Assembly: GCA_002245135.1 (NCBI GenBank)
Contig: NGBS01000336.1
Coordinates: forward strand, 1 to 41,749
DNA from: Proteromonas lacertae
Taxonomy: Eukaryota
Reading direction: 5' to 3'
Length of the DNA stretch: 41,749 nucleotides
The translations under genes were made by a program, and so were the position numbers. Below the pieces are notes generated by a model. That model saw only the letters and a list, made by a program, of their open reading frames with translations. It did no database searches and was not told the DNA's origin. Each line of letters opens with the position of its first letter. Position 1 is the first letter of the stretch. Below are positions 36,228 to 41,749 of the stretch, in pieces.

Positions 36228-39200
36228 CTAAGCTGGTAATAACATTTGTCTTGTTGCTAATTGTTTATATAATCCATTTTCAATTTCCATTAATTGTTCA
36301 TGCTTTCCTGCTTCAACTACTTTTCCATGATCCATTACAAATATCATATCAGCATTTTGAATTGTACTTAATCTATGAGCAACAATTATACTTGTTCTAT
36401 CACTACTTTCTAATAATTTATCAATTGCTTCTTGAACAACAGCTTCACTTTCGGTATCTAAAGCACTAGTAGCTTCATCTAATAACAATATCTTTGGATT
36501 TCTTAATATAGCTCTGGCAATGGCTATTCTTTGCTTTTGTCCTCCACTTAATTGCTCTCCTTTATTACCAACTTCAGTATTGTAATTATCTGGGAAATCC
36601 ATTATGAAATTATGAGCATTTGCTGCTTTTGCTGCTGCTACTACATCTTCATGAGTTATTTTATCATTTCCATAATCTCCCATCTTTATATTATCTTCAA
36701 TTGTTCCACTGAATAAAACTGGTTCTTGACCAACTAAACCAAATTGTTTTCTCAAATACTTTATATTGATTGATGTAATTTCATGACCATCTAATAACAC
36801 TTCACCTGAATCAGCATTATAGAATCTTTGTAATAAACCAATTATTGTTGATTTACCACAACCACTTGAACCAACTAAAGCTACTTTTTGACCTTTCTGA
36901 ATCTTCAAATTCAATTTTCTTAAGATTGGAACATCTAATCGAGTTGGATATCTAAATCTCACATCTCTAAATTCAATTTCACCAACTATTTCTGGTGTAT
37001 CACCATCTGGACAGGTATAATCAATTGGTGGAACTCTATCTAATAATCCAAATACACTTTCAGCTGCTTGTTGTACTTTCACTGTATCAGTAGCTCTTCC
37101 AGCAGATTGACCTACACTTTGAGCTGCTACCATTACAGACATCATCACTTTCATTAATTGAGCATTATTACATTTACCTTCTGTTGCCCACAATCCTCCT
37201 ACTCTTATCACTAAAGCAGTTGCTCCCATTGATATCATGTTATTATAAAACTGAAGAAGACCAGTGCACCAAGCATCTTTCTTTCCTGTTTCATATGGTT
37301 TCATTTGTTTCTTTCCAAACATCACTGAGAATTTCTCTTGTAATCCAAAAGCATGAAGTGTTCTAATTCCATTTACTGCTTCTGATGCTAAAGCTCCTGC
37401 TTCTTCCATTGGCTTTCTCATTTCTCTTATCAATCTTGACATTGTCTTACCTTGTAAATAAGATCCTAAAACTAAGAATGGGAATGCAGCTAAAATAACA
37501 AATGTTAATAACCAATAAGAAACAAAGGCAATAATCAAACCAACTATACAAGTAAATACAGTTTGAACATCAGTTGCTAATCTTTCACCTAAAGCAGCTT
37601 TTATATTTTGAGCATCTTGAGATAATTTGGATGTCATTGCACCAGTGTTATTCTCTTCAGCATCATAATAACCAACATCTTGTTTTAACATTGCTGTAAA
37701 GCACATTTGTCTAATTCTACAAGTCAATCTTTCACCTACAGAACCAAAGGTAAATGATCTAATCACCATGACAGTGAATAAAACAACAGCAAAGGCAATT
37801 AATATACAAGCCCACATCACTGTTCCATTTCTCATTTCATGAGTATTTGATTCATAATATACATCCAACATTTCAGCAAATAATACACCAAACACTGGCA
37901 TTGCTCCACCTGATATTGCACCACATATTATTCCAATTACAGTAAGACCTGTTTCTGGTTTAGCTAAAGCCCATAATCTCGATTTTGATGTATCTATTTT
38001 TACTTCTTCACCTGTAGTTGGATCAACTACTCCAGATGTTAATCTACTATCTCTCATTGAAGATCTTCGTGCAATATATACAGCTTCATCTTCTTCATCT
38101 TCAGCTGCTATTGCTTCTTCTCTCTTCTTGTTTAACATTTGACGATTTCTTAATTCTGCATATAATCCATTCTTCGCTATTAATTCTGAATGTGTTCCTT
38201 GTTCAGCTATTTTACCTTCATTAAAAACAACGATTTCATCAGCTGATTCTATTGTTGATAATCTATGAGCAATTATCAAAGTTGTTCTAGCTCTTTGTTT
38301 TACTAATTCATCTAAAGCAGCTTGAACTACTTTTTCACTTTCACTATCTAAAGCACTTGTTGCTTCATCTAATAATAAGATTCCTGGATTTCTAACTAAG
38401 GCTCTAGCAATTGCAATTCTTTGTTTTTGACCACCACTCAATGAATGACCACCTTCACCTACAAATGTATCATATCCTTCAGGAAATTCCATTATGAAAT
38501 TATGAGCATTTGAATCTTTGGCAGCTTTTATTATATCTTCATCAGTGCAATCTAATCTTCCATTTCGAATATTATCTTTTACTGTTCCACTGAATAATAT
38601 TGGTTCTTGACCTACAAAACCCATTTGATGTCTGAAACTAGCTAAATTCAAATCACGAATATTCATTCCATCAACAAATACTTCACCTTCTTCTGGATCA
38701 TAGAATCTTTGTAACATTTGAATTGTTGTTGATTTACCACATCCACTTGAACCAACTAAACCGACTGTTTTACCAGCTTCTACTGTAAGACTCATTCCAT
38801 TTAAGATGATTTGATCTGGTCTACTTGGATATCTGAATTTGATATTTCTAAATTCGATTTTACCTTCTAAATGTTCTACTTTCTTACCTAAATCATCCAT
38901 TCCATCAATTGGAGGAATTCTGTCAATTGTTGCATATACTTCAGCACCAGAACCACATGCTTGTCCAATAGCAACTATAGATGGTCCTAACATAGTTAAA
39001 CCCATTGTTCCCATTAATACAGCCATGAATACAGTCATAACACTTCCACCAGTAAAGCATTTACTATCTCCAACACCTAATTGGCAATCAGTTGCATAAT
39101 CACACTATATAAATAATATAATAATGAACATACAGGACTTTTACCTAAACCAGGACAATCATTAGCAGTCAAATTAGCAATTACATTAGGGTTAACAGTA

Positions 39201-40701
39201 TAACAAAAGTCTTTATATGATGGATGATCATAATTCTGAATATCTTCTACAGTACGTTTTGCCAAATCATTACCTTGACTACAATAGTGATAGATTCTAT
39301 AATAATAATAATAATATATTATATATATTATACTCATCTCTTGCATCATCTTGATCATCTCCAATCAATTTACCACCATACCATAAACCTAATGAATATG
39401 TTAAATACATAATCATCATAAATAAACCAATAATTGCACCAGCAATTCTTGACATTTGAATACCTAAACCTCTTGCTTCTTCAACAGCAACTTTATATCT
39501 TTTAATGAAATATTCTTCAATACCAAATGAAGCAACTGTTCTGATTGAGCCAATAGCTTCTTCAGCAATACCACCTGATTCAGCAAATCTGTTTTGAGCT
39601 TCCAATATGAATTTTCTCAATAAAATACCAAAAGCACTACCAACAATACACAATGGCACACCTAATGCTAATATAACCAAAGTCATTGACCAATCTTTGG
39701 TAAAACCAATTGCATAACCAGCAATAAACTGAGCTAATGCTTGAATAGTCATACCAATATCTTTACCCATTCCTCCTGTCATAATCAATGTATCATCAAC
39801 AATACGAGTGGATAATGTCTTTGGATCATGACTATCAAACCAAGTAACATCTTGACGAATAATACCACGGAAATACAAATACCTAACTCTTGCAATTTGT
39901 CTTTCTGCTGTTAATTTCCCATGACCACATCATAAAGAAACTACATACAGCCATTGCTGCACCAATTCCAAACATCAACAAACTATTCTCAATAATACTA
40001 TCTCGAGCTTCTTGAATATAGGCTTGAATTTGATCAACTGTAAGTTCTACATCACCTGTTTGAACTTGATTCATCATATCACCAAAGATTAACATAGAAC
40101 ATGGCATAATTACACCTGTACCAATTGAGAAGATTATACCAATGAATTGAAGAAAACGATCAATGTAGTCGGAATATTTCAATAACTGTCCTATACTTAA
40201 ACTCTTTTTAACTCTCGCATTTTCAATACTTTCTTTAGATGAAACATGCTCATGAGCGTTTGTATCTTTAACACCATTTTTTACAACTGGTTTATCATTT
40301 TGAGCAGTTGGTGCAGGCTTAACTTCGATTGTTTTGATTTGAACAGGTTCTCTTTTTATTGGCTGATTTTCTTCAGTACTTTCAGCTGGTCTGTTTTCAT
40401 CGGCCTTTGATTCAGTTGTATTTCCATTACCATTTTCCGTTTGTTGAGATGGTTCATTTACAGGAGGTTGTTCATTGTGTTGTTGTGTTGTTTCAACTGC
40501 ATTATTACCATCACTCTCCGGAATATTTTCTTGTTGATTTTCTGTGTTGCCATTCTGTCCTTCTTGATTGTTTGCACTATTTTGAACAATTGCTTCAGAA
40601 TCACCGTTTGGGTGTTGTTCGTCTGGATTTTCCAACTTACATTTTCATTTGACCCTTCAGTTGGACCAGATTGATTAACAGGATCGCTTGATATTGTTCA
40701 T
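36228..40701 (-). CDS. Full-length ABCB1/MDR-type ABC transporter (TMD-NBD-TMD-NBD) with a long low-complexity N-terminus
   Basis: Two NBDs with GSSGCGKST, LSGGQKQRIAIARA, LLLDEATSALD and AHRLSTI. There are two introns near 39105-39133 and 39297-39333. A +1 frame break lies at ~39915, and further breaks at ~40635-40700 make the start uncertain. Confidence 0.9.
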
Positions 40702-40927
40702 TCAAAAAATCCTCAATTTGCTTGAATAAACAAGCTTTTTTGTAATAAAATCAACTGTCAAACAAATTGTAACCAACAAAATCTTTAAAAAACATCACAC
40801 ACACATTATTTATCTCATTTATGATTGTCCATCAACTAGATACTGTATTATATTCTCCTAAGAATGTCAAAATAGATTATCAAGCTTTTGTTTGATTTAT
40901 AAATCTTTCTTTATTCTTGTTATCTGG

Positions 40928-41522
40928 ATGGTATATTTTAATAATTATTTTCCTAGGCAACTTCTTTACGTCCGTATATTGAAAAAATTAGAAACACTCT
41001 TACACAAACACTAACATTAAGAACATTCTTCAATGTTGTCTGAAAAAAAGTAAACCAGAAGTTGAAATTCAGTATAATAAATAATCATTTTTATTTGAAC
41101 AGATCAGGTCAAATTCAGTACTTGATCCAATTTTAATAACTCGTTCTGAACATGAAAAATGTTTAATAGAACCTTCCATTAACTCAGTTAGAATTAGTAT
41201 ATCAATAAAAAAAATCTGATGAGTTGGAAGTGTTGTTGTGTAAGAAATATAGTTCGTTCTTAATGAAGAGAGCTGAAATGTTTTATATATTGAGACGTAA
41301 ACCAATGCCAGTATTTATAATATACTTCTATTTTATTGCAGGGATATGATATTAGTTTTTAATAACTGATGAACATTTAGTAAAGTTTCAAAGGATAAAA
41401 TAATCGAATTCCTTGTCCAATTCCTTGAAGAAATAGATAAGAACTTATCAGAATTGAAATTAAGTGTGAATTCTAGAACTAGAGCATTTGCTACAGAATT
41501 TGTTCAAACTCTAACTACATAA
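40928..41522 (+). CDS. ARPC4: Arp2/3 complex subunit 4 (p20-Arc), with several apparent sequence-error indels
   Basis: [71 protein letters not shown] and [21 protein letters not shown]. It has three introns and frame breaks at ~41025-41052 and ~41206-41215. Confidence 0.9.
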
Positions 41523-41749
41523 GCTATATTTTTCTTTAAATATACTTTTATTATCATTGTGTTTATATATATTTGAGATATTGTAATAACAAAAACATTA
41601 ATAATCACTAAACGACAATATTGCTTATCTATTTTCTCTTTCTCAGCTCAAATGGAAGTGGTTTTATATTTTTCTTATTTTCACTATAATATTGATAATA
41701 CTCATCATTATTATTATCTCTAACATAACTATTTGGATATAAAAGCGGA

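Noticed and set aside
40928..41522. ARPC4 pseudogenisation or recoding
   Set aside because: The protein is well conserved on both sides of the breaks, which sit mostly in homopolymer runs. This fits unpolished long-read sequence.
1..41749. Alternative genetic code or stop-codon readthrough to explain fragmented ORFs
   Set aside because: Nearly all interruptions resolve as short GT-AG introns that restore conserved proteins under the standard code.
1..41749. CRISPR arrays, prokaryotic operons, rRNA or telomeric repeats
   Set aside because: None were seen. The short periodic repeats are microsatellites in introns or low-complexity coding tracts.

Overview
This is very AT-rich, extremely gene-dense eukaryotic nuclear DNA. 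Genes carry many tiny GT-AG introns (mostly about 25-40 nt, usually starting GTAT), and most intergenic gaps are under about 230 bp. That architecture points to a low-GC Blastocystis-like anaerobic stramenopile (inference). Because of the introns, the ORF track fragments almost every gene, so I rebuilt the gene models by eye. In order: two tandem Hsp110-derived genes (the left one runs off the window), DNAJC25-like, tRNA-Sec, ARL2BP/BART-like, a PHD-like/Pumilio protein, V-ATPase D, an ankyrin protein, an intronless lidless Hsp70, a coiled-coil protein (possibly TSNAXIP1-like), GnT-I/MGAT1, an unknown protein, tafazzin, an RNF5-like RING ligase, organellar-type uS17, a multi-cNMP-binding protein, an acylated pseudokinase-LRR protein, a double-PH protein, an ELO elongase, an SPT3-like protein, an ABCB1-type transporter and ARPC4. 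The strongest candidate for an undescribed system is at 1-9546. These two genes keep a degenerate Hsp110 nucleotide-binding domain, lack the substrate-binding beta domain, share a near-identical ~820-bp cassette, and carry variable arrays of helical repeat modules I do not recognise. Several 1-nt indels, mostly in homopolymer runs and including some in conserved ARPC4, suggest uncorrected long-read errors, so apparent frameshifts should be treated with caution. All family assignments come from motif recognition; no searches were run.
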